A stretch of 64,000 nucleotides of DNA, taken from a virus. Taxonomy: Duplodnaviria > Caudoviricetes. Position 1 is the first letter of the stretch; the number at the start of each line of letters is the position of its first letter. Under the pieces are notes generated by a model, which saw nothing but the letters and a program-made list of their open reading frames with translations, was not told the DNA's origin and ran no database searches. The position numbers and the translations under genes were made by a program. Where the stretch lies: the IMG/VR virus record IMGVR_UViG_3300010167_001484, positions 128,001 to 192,000 of that record. The stretch is one strand, 5' to 3'. Of the stretch, positions 8,525 through 17,786 are shown piece after piece.

Positions 8525-11500
8525 ATGAATTTTACATTATTCCAAGCAAGTACAACTAATATCTTTCCTATATCTAACACTGCTAAAGGTGGTCAATTGA
8601 TGACTGAATTTAATATTCGGTCAAGGGAAAGTGTTGGTGTAGGTCCAGTATCTAGAGAAAATGCAATAGAGTATCTGGTAGGACCTAGTTATACTAATAG
8701 TGAGTTAGATTATTACGTCAGACCTCAAATGGATAGTATTGGAGTTGTAATAGATCCTTCTGTTATTGAAATATTACCTGGTAGAGCTGTTGTGAACGGT
8801 CATTTTGTTCAAAATCTTGCTCCTATGGTTATTGATCTTAGAGATGCTAATGCATTGATAAAACAGAATCCTGATTTATATGGGGATGAGCTTATAGGTG
8901 ATTTAGCTGTAGGACTCAGAGCTATGTATGCAACAGAAGTAACTTTGTCAGGAACAATTAAACCTGAGGATGAAGATGGTTTCTATGCAGGGGTACAGGT
9001 TGTAATTTTACCTAGAACTACAGGACAACGTACAATTAGAACATTTAATCTACCTTCAGATGTGCCGAAAGATCAAAATTTGGTAACCGCTCATCTAGAG
9101 TTAGCAACATTTAATTATAGTAATGGTAGAATAACTGGAGCAAATGCTCAACAAACTACTAATCCTATAGTAAATTCTTCCATTAGATATAAGGTGATTG
9201 ATGGTAGCAGAATATCAAATGTTGACCAATTTCTAGGTGGTAGCTATATTACAAAAACAGGTTTGCAACCAGATAAAATATATGCAATGGCTGGTAGAGG
9301 TTCTGAAGAACAATCTACTTGGTGTGATATCACAAGTAATATTATGATCTGGGATAATAATCCTGATCCTTCTAAGGTGAATGATCCTGTACAAGCATTA
9401 GTTGGGGGCGAAGCTGAATTTGTTGCAAATATATCTGAATTTAAAGGTAAAACTAAATTTGTATTACCTAGAAAACAGATAGAAGGGATGCAAGGTTCAG
9501 ACGGTAATCCTAGATATTATTTACCTAAGGTGATAGATCTACCTCTAGCTGATTTTTTGAGAGGTACATCGGGTACAGTTGATAAAAAATATACAAATAA
9601 TGTTAAACGAGTTCTAAGGCAAGTACATGAAATTAGAACATTACAAACAGGTAAACAGAGAGTATATGTACCTCGTCTTTCTTCTAGAACAGTAACAAAT
9701 GCATGGATAGTGGAGGGAGCCTTACCTATAATAAATAATAACTGGAGACCTGGAGATTATGTATTAGTTGCGGAAGATTCTACTCTACAAAGTGCTGCAG
9801 ATACTGTGAGACCTCCGTCTTCTCTATATCCAGTGGTTCCAGGAGTTATACTAGATTTAGATTATGGTGGTGCAACTGATACTATTGAAAAAATTCCTGC
9901 TGTATTTCAGCAAGTACAAGAAGCTACTATTAAACCTACACCTAATGCTAAATTTATAGGAGCTATAGGTGGCACAGTTACCCCTGGAGTTCATCATACA
10001 CATAAGTTAGATGTTGTATCGGAACATACACATCCAGTTTCAGAAGAAGCTTTCCATACACATAATCTAGATACAATGGCTATACAGGTAGGTTCTCAAA
10101 ATTTCACAGGTACAATTAGTGCAAAAAATGAGCCATTTATAGGTGTTGAACTCGCTAGAGTGGTTGAATCTGGTAGACCTCCAATATCTTATAGTCCTGA
10201 AGATAAAGAACAGATTAGAGATATGTTTGGTATACCAAATCCTGATGATATGGTGTGTCCAATATGTAGTGCAGATGCAGGTTATTTACAAGGTATAGTT
10301 GGTCAAGATTATGTAATTTATGAAGATTCATCTGTACCACTTTCGTCTGATTTAACTATAGTATATTCTGTAAGAATGTTAGATGATATGTTGGCATTAC
10401 CTGCAGAGATAGATGATATTGTTACTGTAGCTGAGGATAACAAATGCTATAGACTCAATGTAACTCCTCCCGGATATACTCCGGGTGGTATGAATACTAT
10501 ACAATCGAATTGGGTAGAAATAGTAGGTCTTACAAGACCTGAGGCTCTAGGATTAAGGTATCATTGGTTTAGAGTTTCTGTATCTGGTCCTAATCTATAT
10601 GCTTCTGAGCCGGTTATACTAACAGGTGAAATTGGATTAGCGTCTGAAAACAAAGTAGGAGGATTCTTAAATGTAGAAGATACTTATCTAGATCAAGGAT
10701 ATGTTAGAATGAATGATGAAGGTCATCTACAATTGATGGATTATGGATTACTTCGTTCAGGTGCATTAGCTTATCAATTAGGTGAAGATTTTCATTCACC
10801 TGTAGGTATTGTTAATAGTGATATACAATTATATCTAGATGAATATGTGAATAGACGTGTTGTATTCCCTAATTGGAATCAAGAACAGTATGCAGATGAT
10901 CCCAATGTTATACATATTTATCTCAATGTTTCTGAGGGTCCAGAACCTAGTCAAATAAACATATTTGATATAGATAGTAGATTTAATTCTTCTATATATA
11001 TTCATATCAATGGTGTTGCTAGCAATCTAGTTGTTATAAATATTAGTGATTGTGCTAAAGTTAGAATTGATCCTAATATAGCTGGAGGAGATAGCGGACC
11101 AATAATAAATCTGTATAGGTCAAATTTATATTATGATGCTCAAGTGTTGAATAGGTTAAACATCATAAGTGACTTAAGACTTTGGTATGAAAGATTTGAT
11201 GAGTTAGATTCCGATTTACTTATAGATGGTATGACTGTACGAGAGGTAGGTAATCCCATTATACCACAAGGTACTATCGAATATAATTTCTGGGATATAG
11301 AACAGCCTAATGATAATCATTTTCAATCAGCTCTAAGGAGTTTAACATTTGGAAAAGATGGTACAATCATAGGTTGGGAAGTTTTAGTTAAGAATGATTC
11401 TACTGTTAATATTGTCAGAGGTAACAATCAGAATCGTGTTACAAAGATATTTTCATTCCCATTTACAATACCGCAAGGTTCTGGATTCACATATCCTACA

Positions 11501-11779
11501 AAACGTGTTACAAAACCATTAAAAGTTACAGGTAACTTTGTAAATGCATATAAGATTGACTTAGAAACTACAAGTCCTTATATAGTTCTAAATACTAGTT
11601 TCACAATACTCAGTCAAGTATATAATGCATATAATTCAGAACAGAGCATAACAGGTACGATATCTTTCTTCCAAGATATTATTGAAGTTAATGCTCAAGA
11701 TGTTACACATATAGGTACACCTGTGACGGGCTGGGATAGTGGGGAGTTCCACATTTTCCAAGGAGGCGCGCTGACCTGA
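8525..11779 (+). CDS. Large virion structural protein (tail/baseplate associated)
   Basis: 1084 aa, beta-rich; ILPGRAVVNG motif seen in baseplate proteins; short HTH repeats; operon position. Confidence 0.5.
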   Translation: MNFTLFQASTTNIFPISNTAKGGQLMTEFNIRSRESVGVGPVSRENAIEYLVGPSYTNSELDYYVRPQMDSIGVVIDPSVIEILPGRAVVNGHFVQNLAPMVIDLRDANALIKQNPDLYGDELIGDLAVGLRAMYATEVTLSGTIKPEDEDGFYAGVQVVILPRTTGQRTIRTFNLPSDVPKDQNLVTAHLELATFNYSNGRITGANAQQTTNPIVNSSIRYKVIDGSRISNVDQFLGGSYITKTGLQPDKIYAMAGRGSEEQSTWCDITSNIMIWDNNPDPSKVNDPVQALVGGEAEFVANISEFKGKTKFVLPRKQIEGMQGSDGNPRYYLPKVIDLPLADFLRGTSGTVDKKYTNNVKRVLRQVHEIRTLQTGKQRVYVPRLSSRTVTNAWIVEGALPIINNNWRPGDYVLVAEDSTLQSAADTVRPPSSLYPVVPGVILDLDYGGATDTIEKIPAVFQQVQEATIKPTPNAKFIGAIGGTVTPGVHHTHKLDVVSEHTHPVSEEAFHTHNLDTMAIQVGSQNFTGTISAKNEPFIGVELARVVESGRPPISYSPEDKEQIRDMFGIPNPDDMVCPICSADAGYLQGIVGQDYVIYEDSSVPLSSDLTIVYSVRMLDDMLALPAEIDDIVTVAEDNKCYRLNVTPPGYTPGGMNTIQSNWVEIVGLTRPEALGLRYHWFRVSVSGPNLYASEPVILTGEIGLASENKVGGFLNVEDTYLDQGYVRMNDEGHLQLMDYGLLRSGALAYQLGEDFHSPVGIVNSDIQLYLDEYVNRRVVFPNWNQEQYADDPNVIHIYLNVSEGPEPSQINIFDIDSRFNSSIYIHINGVASNLVVINISDCAKVRIDPNIAGGDSGPIINLYRSNLYYDAQVLNRLNIISDLRLWYERFDELDSDLLIDGMTVREVGNPIIPQGTIEYNFWDIEQPNDNHFQSALRSLTFGKDGTIIGWEVLVKNDSTVNIVRGNNQNRVTKIFSFPFTIPQGSGFTYPTKRVTKPLKVTGNFVNAYKIDLETTSPYIVLNTSFTILSQVYNAYNSEQSITGTISFFQDIIEVNAQDVTHIGTPVTGWDSGEFHIFQGGALT

Positions 11780-11784
11780 GTAAA

Positions 11785-11883
11785 TCGTATAAATATACGA
11801 AGTTTTCGTATAAATATACGAAAGTTGAGTCTTGCCCATAGCGATTCGCACATACCTTCAAATAATTCGTATATTTATACGAA
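11785..11883. repeat. Three copies of a 16-20 bp palindrome TTCGTATA-WW-TATACGAA (operator- or centromere-like)
   Basis: Copies at 11785-11800, 11804-11823 and 11866-11883; first two are 21 bp apart. Confidence 0.85.
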
Positions 11884-11912
11884 ATAGTCAATACCATCTG
11901 GAGGAGTATTTG

Positions 11913-12689
11913 ATGAGTTTGATACATGATCTTATAAAGATGAAGTATGTAAATGAGGGATATTTGCCAAATTATCCTTATCATTTGATAAGTGATGATG
12001 AAATGTGTGATGCTTTTATAAGATTAACTCAAGATGATATAGATAAAAATGGAAATCCTACAGGAACTTATACCTATAAAGGATATTTCTTCATGATGTA
12101 TCCATTACTTGATCTAGAGTTAAATCATGAAGACGGTTCTGATGAAATAGAACCTATGGCATATAGTAATCTTGTGAAAGCTATACATTATCATATATAT
12201 TCATTTAAGAATCGTACAGCAGATCATGCTATATTACCTGATTGGATTTATAGTTATATGTTAGGTCCAGTAATAAGTGTGTCTAGTCCTATTCCAGATA
12301 TCCATGATGTTATTGAACCAATCGATGCTGATAATGAAGATGATTTCTTTGAAGGGTATCAATCAATAGCTTGTTATAAAGTTAGTAGGGATTGGAATCA
12401 TAGAGTTGTTCATAAAGAAGAAGCTCGATTTTTTCCTTTAAGGTTGAATAATACAAAAGTAGATATTCTTTTACACCCTGAGTGGCTTGCCCCTCAAATT
12501 GATGAATCAATAATTGAAGACGGTGTTATTATTAGGTATACTGGAGATGGTTTAGCAAATGATAAAGGTCAAATGGTATATACTCCTAATTTGATAAATC
12601 TTCGTCCACCTACAATGTTTGGTGAACCTCATGTTGTTAAGGCGATACGCATTAGTATGTTAGATCCTATGATGGAGAGTATTATATGA
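11913..12689 (+). CDS. Hypothetical structural-operon protein (start moved to ATG 11913)
   Basis: GGAGGAG RBS upstream of 11913, in frame with ORF 11832. Confidence 0.6.
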   Translation: MSLIHDLIKMKYVNEGYLPNYPYHLISDDEMCDAFIRLTQDDIDKNGNPTGTYTYKGYFFMMYPLLDLELNHEDGSDEIEPMAYSNLVKAIHYHIYSFKNRTADHAILPDWIYSYMLGPVISVSSPIPDIHDVIEPIDADNEDDFFEGYQSIACYKVSRDWNHRVVHKEEARFFPLRLNNTKVDILLHPEWLAPQIDESIIEDGVIIRYTGDGLANDKGQMVYTPNLINLRPPTMFGEPHVVKAIRISMLDPMMESII

Positions 12690-13678
12690 AATTTTTAAAT
12701 ATAAATTTTAAAGAAACTTTAAGCTCTTTAGCAAATAAAGTAGGACAAAGAAATGTTCAAGATATATTGAATGTTAATAGTTTGGAACGGATACCTGCAA
12801 TAGGTAAACAATTACAATCTATTCAAAATTCTTTTATCAATGGACCTATAGTATCTGTAGAGAGAAAATCTGCAATATTGAATACTTTAACAGGAAACAC
12901 AGATATATTTGAAAAAGCTGCATTAGCTTCTGAGAAAGATTGGAAGGTGTTATCAGGTTTCGGTTCATTCTTAGGTTCATTGATGATACCTGAAGCTGTT
13001 AAGATAGCAGATTCTGTAAATCTATTAGGTAATAATCAATTTGTACCTAAAGGTATATATGAAAAAACTATACAATCTCTTATCAAAGTAGGTAATATAG
13101 ATGCTGCGATATTCAATGAATTTAGCACAAGACGAGATGCTCAAGTTGTAAATGTAGCTGGTGTAGGTAATCCTATGCAATGGTTTAATCTACCTTGGGG
13201 GAAGATAACATTATATTCGTCATTAGGTGGAGATTCTATTGATTTTCCATGTTATCCGGAAGAATATAATGATGGTGTTTCTGCATCTTATGATACAATG
13301 CCTGATATGTTATATCAATTCGAACCTTGGTATTTATTCAAGAGTTCTGGGCCAAGATCTAATAGCTATTCTTTTAAGTTTCATCGAGATCTGTGGAGCG
13401 GAGATCATAGAGATGGAAAAGCTAATCAGTTAATCACTTTTTGTAAAGCAAATTGTTATCCGGAATTCAAAGGAGCTACGGTCAATTCTGCAATTGTTAT
13501 ATTATTCATTGCGGGTAAACCACATATAAGAGGTGTGATGACTTCTGTGAAAGATTCTTGGTCAGGACCTATCGGTATAGATGGTAAACATCTAGTTTGT
13601 GAATTGACAATAGATATAACAGAAGTTTCTGAAAGACCTTTGAATTATGCTGTAGTACGTAGACTGGAGATGATATAA
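12686..13678 (+). CDS. Baseplate / tail-tube initiator protein (CIS-tube / gp48-gp54-like C-terminal half)
   Basis: FPCYPEEYND..Y..SGPRS.S.SF.F..CYP..G.MTSV..SW..I.ITE pattern. Confidence 0.55.
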   Translation: MKFLNINFKETLSSLANKVGQRNVQDILNVNSLERIPAIGKQLQSIQNSFINGPIVSVERKSAILNTLTGNTDIFEKAALASEKDWKVLSGFGSFLGSLMIPEAVKIADSVNLLGNNQFVPKGIYEKTIQSLIKVGNIDAAIFNEFSTRRDAQVVNVAGVGNPMQWFNLPWGKITLYSSLGGDSIDFPCYPEEYNDGVSASYDTMPDMLYQFEPWYLFKSSGPRSNSYSFKFHRDLWSGDHRDGKANQLITFCKANCYPEFKGATVNSAIVILFIAGKPHIRGVMTSVKDSWSGPIGIDGKHLVCELTIDITEVSERPLNYAVVRRLEMI

Positions 13679-13679
13679 G

Positions 13680-14123
13680 ATGGGTATACAACCTAAACCA
13701 ATTCAATATAATACATTGATACCTTATAAGGAAATTTCAGCATCTCCTATTATTTATTCAGTTTGTAAGGATTTTGATCATATATCTAGGCATAAAAGTT
13801 TAAGGCAGATTGCACATAATCCTTTAGAAATGGATGAGAGGTTCATTGCATTAGAAACTCCTAATCCTATAACAACATATTCAACTTTTGTATATTATGA
13901 TGTACCTAAGGTAGAAGAGGATCGTCTAGATATAATAGCTCAGAAATTTTTTGGTTCTGCTCAATATTCTTGGGTTATTGCATATTTCAATGATATAGAT
14001 GATGGTTTCACTGTACATGAGGGGCAAAGGTTACGTATATTGAAGCAATTTACTGCACTTTTTAGTAAAAATGAGATATTAGCTCCGATACCCGCGATGA
14101 CATTAAACCTTGGTACGGAATAA
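13680..14123 (+). CDS. Baseplate wedge protein, LysM/gp53-like
   Basis: EEDRLDIIAQKFFGSAQYSWVIAYFNDI...GQRLRI. Confidence 0.75.
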   Translation: MGIQPKPIQYNTLIPYKEISASPIIYSVCKDFDHISRHKSLRQIAHNPLEMDERFIALETPNPITTYSTFVYYDVPKVEEDRLDIIAQKFFGSAQYSWVIAYFNDIDDGFTVHEGQRLRILKQFTALFSKNEILAPIPAMTLNLGTE

Positions 14124-14134
14124 GAGGTATCAAT

Positions 14135-14512
14135 ATGAAGCATTTGAAAATTATAAATAATATAACAGGCCATATATGTGATGCAGGTACATTCAGTGAT
14201 GCAGCTATTTCAGCTACTTTACAGGATTTTAAATATTGTGAGAAAACTAATAGATATGAACAAAGAAAAATTCCTATAGTTTATCAAGTTGGTGATTCTG
14301 CTCCTAGTGCTAAAATTAAGAAAGATTTATCTATAACATCGGATTTCAGACAGTTATTTAGATTAAATATAGATACAGATGAGATTTTAGATTGTGGGTG
14401 GGTTTTGCCTGAGAGTTTAGGTTCTATATTGAAGGGATTCAAATTAGTAACTATTAATAATAATACATGGTATGAGAAATTACACGGTAAGTTTGTATAT
14501 GAGGTATCATAA
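14135..14512 (+). CDS. Hypothetical protein (inserted in the tail operon)
   Basis: ORF with GAGG RBS. Confidence 0.55.
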   Translation: MKHLKIINNITGHICDAGTFSDAAISATLQDFKYCEKTNRYEQRKIPIVYQVGDSAPSAKIKKDLSITSDFRQLFRLNIDTDEILDCGWVLPESLGSILKGFKLVTINNNTWYEKLHGKFVYEVS

Positions 14513-14838
14513 TGGTAGATATGTCAAGTGTAGCAATAATGAGAGAAGCGCGTAATGCTGCTAAGCGATATACTAAAGAATTAGTTTCGCAACATTTAAA
14601 ATATTGTTTGGATAGTATTGGATATTATCAAGAAGATACGCGTAAATCAGGCTTTCAGTATTTAGATCAAATTCTTAAAAGTGAATTCACAGATGGCTTG
14701 CCTAGGCCTATGAGTACATCTAAAAGAGAGATTAGAGCATTGTCTGTAGAAGATTTTTATGCTTGGTGTAATAATGTTCAGATAATTGGAGCTGTTAAGG
14801 AAGCTATAAGATATTCAAGTATGCTTAGAGGTGTATAG
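14512..14838 (+). CDS. Hypothetical protein
   Basis: Translationally coupled ORF (TAATG). Confidence 0.55.
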   Translation: MVDMSSVAIMREARNAAKRYTKELVSQHLKYCLDSIGYYQEDTRKSGFQYLDQILKSEFTDGLPRPMSTSKREIRALSVEDFYAWCNNVQIIGAVKEAIRYSSMLRGV

Positions 14839-14839
14839 T

Positions 14840-15082
14840 ATGAAGAAGTATGAAGAACCTGTAAAACAACGTTCTAGATATAAGAAAGATGGTACACGTG
14901 TTTCGCCTAATTCTGTTGAAGATTATTTTAAATCAGCACGACTAACTCCTGAACAGTGGGAGAAACGTGATAAACGTCAAGCATTGTGGAATATTGTGAT
15001 GGGGGTACTTATGTTTGCTATCACAGCTATTGTAGTATGTTGGCTTGTTTGTATGTTTATGGAAGGTGTGATGTTCAAATGA
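14840..15082 (+). CDS. Small membrane protein
   Basis: C-terminal hydrophobic helix; GAGG RBS. Confidence 0.55.
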   Translation: MKKYEEPVKQRSRYKKDGTRVSPNSVEDYFKSARLTPEQWEKRDKRQALWNIVMGVLMFAITAIVVCWLVCMFMEGVMFK

Positions 15083-15744
15083 ATACTTATAGTTTTATTT
15101 TATTATTAATATTGTGTAGTACAGCTTTAGTTCTAGCTGTGTATGCATTACTTCAACTTATAAGAAAGAAGGATTTAGCGTTCATGAAAGTATTGTTATA
15201 CAAGGTGAGTGGTAGAGAGCAGAAGTATAGAAGTTATTTGAAAAAACATATAAAGAATACTATTGATGTTTGGAAAGACGTTTTAAGACCTGCTGTAGCA
15301 TCTGATTTAGATCAAGATTTATTAAGTGAAGTAGATGCTTTGATTGCATCACACGATGAATCTAAGTATGATGATTTAGAGTGGCAAGGATATTTAGATA
15401 ATTTTTATCCAGCGGATGAACCATCTTTAACTAAAGAAGAGGTAGAAATTCAATTCAAATACGCATGGTTACATCATCAGCATCTCAATGAACATCATTG
15501 GCAATATTGGGTGTTGATGGAAGATGATAATCCAGGTAAACCTGAGCCACTTGATATGCCGATTCAGCATGTATTGTGTATGTTAGCAGATTGGGCATCA
15601 TTTCGTTATGGTGAACGGTTGAATACTAAATATGATGGTGAATTTAATTCCACTCGTGAATGGTATGATGCAAATAAAGAAAAACAAATCATGACAGATA
15701 ATACTCGTGAATTAGTAGAAAAATATATTGATTTGTTACCTTGA
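15079..15744 (+). CDS. HD-domain phosphohydrolase (DUF5662-like) with N-terminal TM helix
   Basis: HDESKY ... AWLHHQHLNEHHWQYW ... DMP ... MLADW; start moved to the ATGA overlap at 15079. Confidence 0.7.
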   Translation: MNTYSFILLLILCSTALVLAVYALLQLIRKKDLAFMKVLLYKVSGREQKYRSYLKKHIKNTIDVWKDVLRPAVASDLDQDLLSEVDALIASHDESKYDDLEWQGYLDNFYPADEPSLTKEEVEIQFKYAWLHHQHLNEHHWQYWVLMEDDNPGKPEPLDMPIQHVLCMLADWASFRYGERLNTKYDGEFNSTREWYDANKEKQIMTDNTRELVEKYIDLLP

Positions 15745-15752
15745 GGTATTAA

Positions 15753-17207
15753 ATGAAACGTAATGGTTTTTGTAATTTTGTGCTAGCAGGGATTTCAATT
15801 ACAGATTTTGGGTTGAAAATACCTTCTCCATTTACTTCATTAGAATTGAGTAATAGTGAAGTACATTCTATGACTAGTTGGAATCTAAGTTGTGTAGTTG
15901 GTGGAGATGCTTCTAGAAATGTAAATGTTGCTGCATTTGAAGCACTTTTATATAGTGCTGCTCAAAAAGTTAGTGCATATCCTGATGCTAGTGGAATACC
16001 TGTTTCATTTCTTTTTGGTTGGTTAGATGAACAAGGTAATGTGAGTGAGTATTTATCTTATCAAGGATTCACATTGAAATTTCAAGTTACTGCTAATGGA
16101 TCGTTTATGGTGTATAAACTTACCGGTTTTGCTTCTTTAGCAGTTCAAGCAAATATGCCGGTGCTTCGTATTCCAGCTATAACTGGTATAGTCCAACCTT
16201 CTGCTGTAGTAGAAGCTTTAGCATTTGCTTCAAAAGCTACATCTTATTATGATTTAGATATTGATCACAATGATGCACCTACTTTAGTTAATCATGGTCC
16301 AATAACTACAAGTTTTAATAAGTATGTTAGAGGTACATATTCTGCAGAAGATGATTATGATAATTTTCCTGGATTATTACCTTTATCTAAGTCTTATAGT
16401 TCTTCTAGAGATTCTGGAGGATTAAAATCCGGTTATAGAAAATTAAGTCAAGTATTGAATAATGCTATAGTTAGTCCAATATCTGAATTTCTCAGTCAAG
16501 CAAATGGGGATACTGCTCCACAGATAGCTTCTTTTTCTTATTGGGTAGATGAGCCTACAATGACTCAACCAGGTATGATACATTATAAGAGTAATGCAGG
16601 GATGATAACTACTCAAAGTGGAGATGTTTTAGAATATGGTACGTCTAATACAAATGTGTTTTCTATACAGGGTTCGTACGACGGCGTAGCTTACAATATT
16701 TCGGACATGCGATTCTCTCAAGTTGGTTTCGCAGTAGATGCATCAGGTCATACAATTACACAAGCTTCCGAAGTAGTTAATAGTTGGAGTAGTTCTTTAG
16801 CAGATGTATTCATGTCAGCAAATATAATAAATGATGTAAATGTTGTAGCTACTCAATTTGCAGGAGAATTTTCAGTACAGATACCTGGTACAACTAAAAA
16901 ATATACAGTTGCACAACCTGTATCACTATTAGTAGTTTCAGGTAATACACCTTCTCCTATATCTGGTATATATCATATAATGTCTGTATCTCATGTTATA
17001 TCTAATTCATTTGTAACTAATTTAAAAATAAAGAGAATGTCTATGAGTTCCGCTAATCAAGTTGCAATGTCTCAAGCAGTTTTTGTAGCAGGTAGTTCTA
17101 ATATTCCTCGTAGTTCCTATAATACAACTAGTAATATTGTAAGTTCACATAAAGTAGATCTCGGTACAATGTATCCTACATTTGAACATCTTAGTATGAC
17201 TATATAA
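15753..17207 (+). CDS. Baseplate hub protein (gp27 / late control D-like)
   Basis: V.F.FGW near the N-terminus and SGIYHIMSVSHVIS..FVTNLKI.R at the C-terminus; position. Confidence 0.65.
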   Translation: MKRNGFCNFVLAGISITDFGLKIPSPFTSLELSNSEVHSMTSWNLSCVVGGDASRNVNVAAFEALLYSAAQKVSAYPDASGIPVSFLFGWLDEQGNVSEYLSYQGFTLKFQVTANGSFMVYKLTGFASLAVQANMPVLRIPAITGIVQPSAVVEALAFASKATSYYDLDIDHNDAPTLVNHGPITTSFNKYVRGTYSAEDDYDNFPGLLPLSKSYSSSRDSGGLKSGYRKLSQVLNNAIVSPISEFLSQANGDTAPQIASFSYWVDEPTMTQPGMIHYKSNAGMITTQSGDVLEYGTSNTNVFSIQGSYDGVAYNISDMRFSQVGFAVDASGHTITQASEVVNSWSSSLADVFMSANIINDVNVVATQFAGEFSVQIPGTTKKYTVAQPVSLLVVSGNTPSPISGIYHIMSVSHVISNSFVTNLKIKRMSMSSANQVAMSQAVFVAGSSNIPRSSYNTTSNIVSSHKVDLGTMYPTFEHLSMTI

Positions 17208-17228
17208 TTGGTAAGGAAATAGGGAGTT

Positions 17229-17786
17229 ATGGATATAATAAAACCGTTCATAGATGATGAACATAGTGAAGAATTTAAGAAATATGGTGGATTTCATACA
17301 GGTGTAGATGTGAATGTATTTGATGTTAAGGCATTAGCTTCTGGAGTTGTAATTGATATAGGTAGAGAATCTGGAGGTGTAGCCGTTACCGTACAATTTG
17401 ATGTCAATAGTTGCTTACGATATATGCATATGCGGTTGATTAATTTACATCTAGGTAGTACTTTGAAAAAGGGTGATAGTGTAGGTTTATCTAATAAATA
17501 TCTTCATTTTGAATATATTAAACCTATATCTATTAAACCTATATGGCCTGTAAGGATTGGTAAATTAACTTATTACAAACATGATCCTACACCTATTATA
17601 ACAGGTGATTTGGTTATAGATAATACAGATGTGTGGTATGCTAATCTTGATTTGAATTTTGAATACGTTGATGATGAGATTGAAGTTATAATTCCACCTC
17701 CTATTGATGATGATATGGTAGGTTCTAGAATGATAAATCAAGGAGCTAAAACTAAAGTTGTACGTGGTAGGAGAGTTATTATTTGA
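17229..17786 (+). CDS. M23-family peptidase-like protein
   Basis: HTGVD, YMHM and LHFE motifs. Confidence 0.7.
   Translation: MDIIKPFIDDEHSEEFKKYGGFHTGVDVNVFDVKALASGVVIDIGRESGGVAVTVQFDVNSCLRYMHMRLINLHLGSTLKKGDSVGLSNKYLHFEYIKPISIKPIWPVRIGKLTYYKHDPTPIITGDLVIDNTDVWYANLDLNFEYVDDEIEVIIPPPIDDDMVGSRMINQGAKTKVVRGRRVII

Noticed and set aside
11785-11883. loxP site or mini CRISPR array
   Set aside because: The spacer between arms is 2 bp rather than 8, and the repeat spacings (21 and ~61 bp) do not fit a repeat-spacer array.
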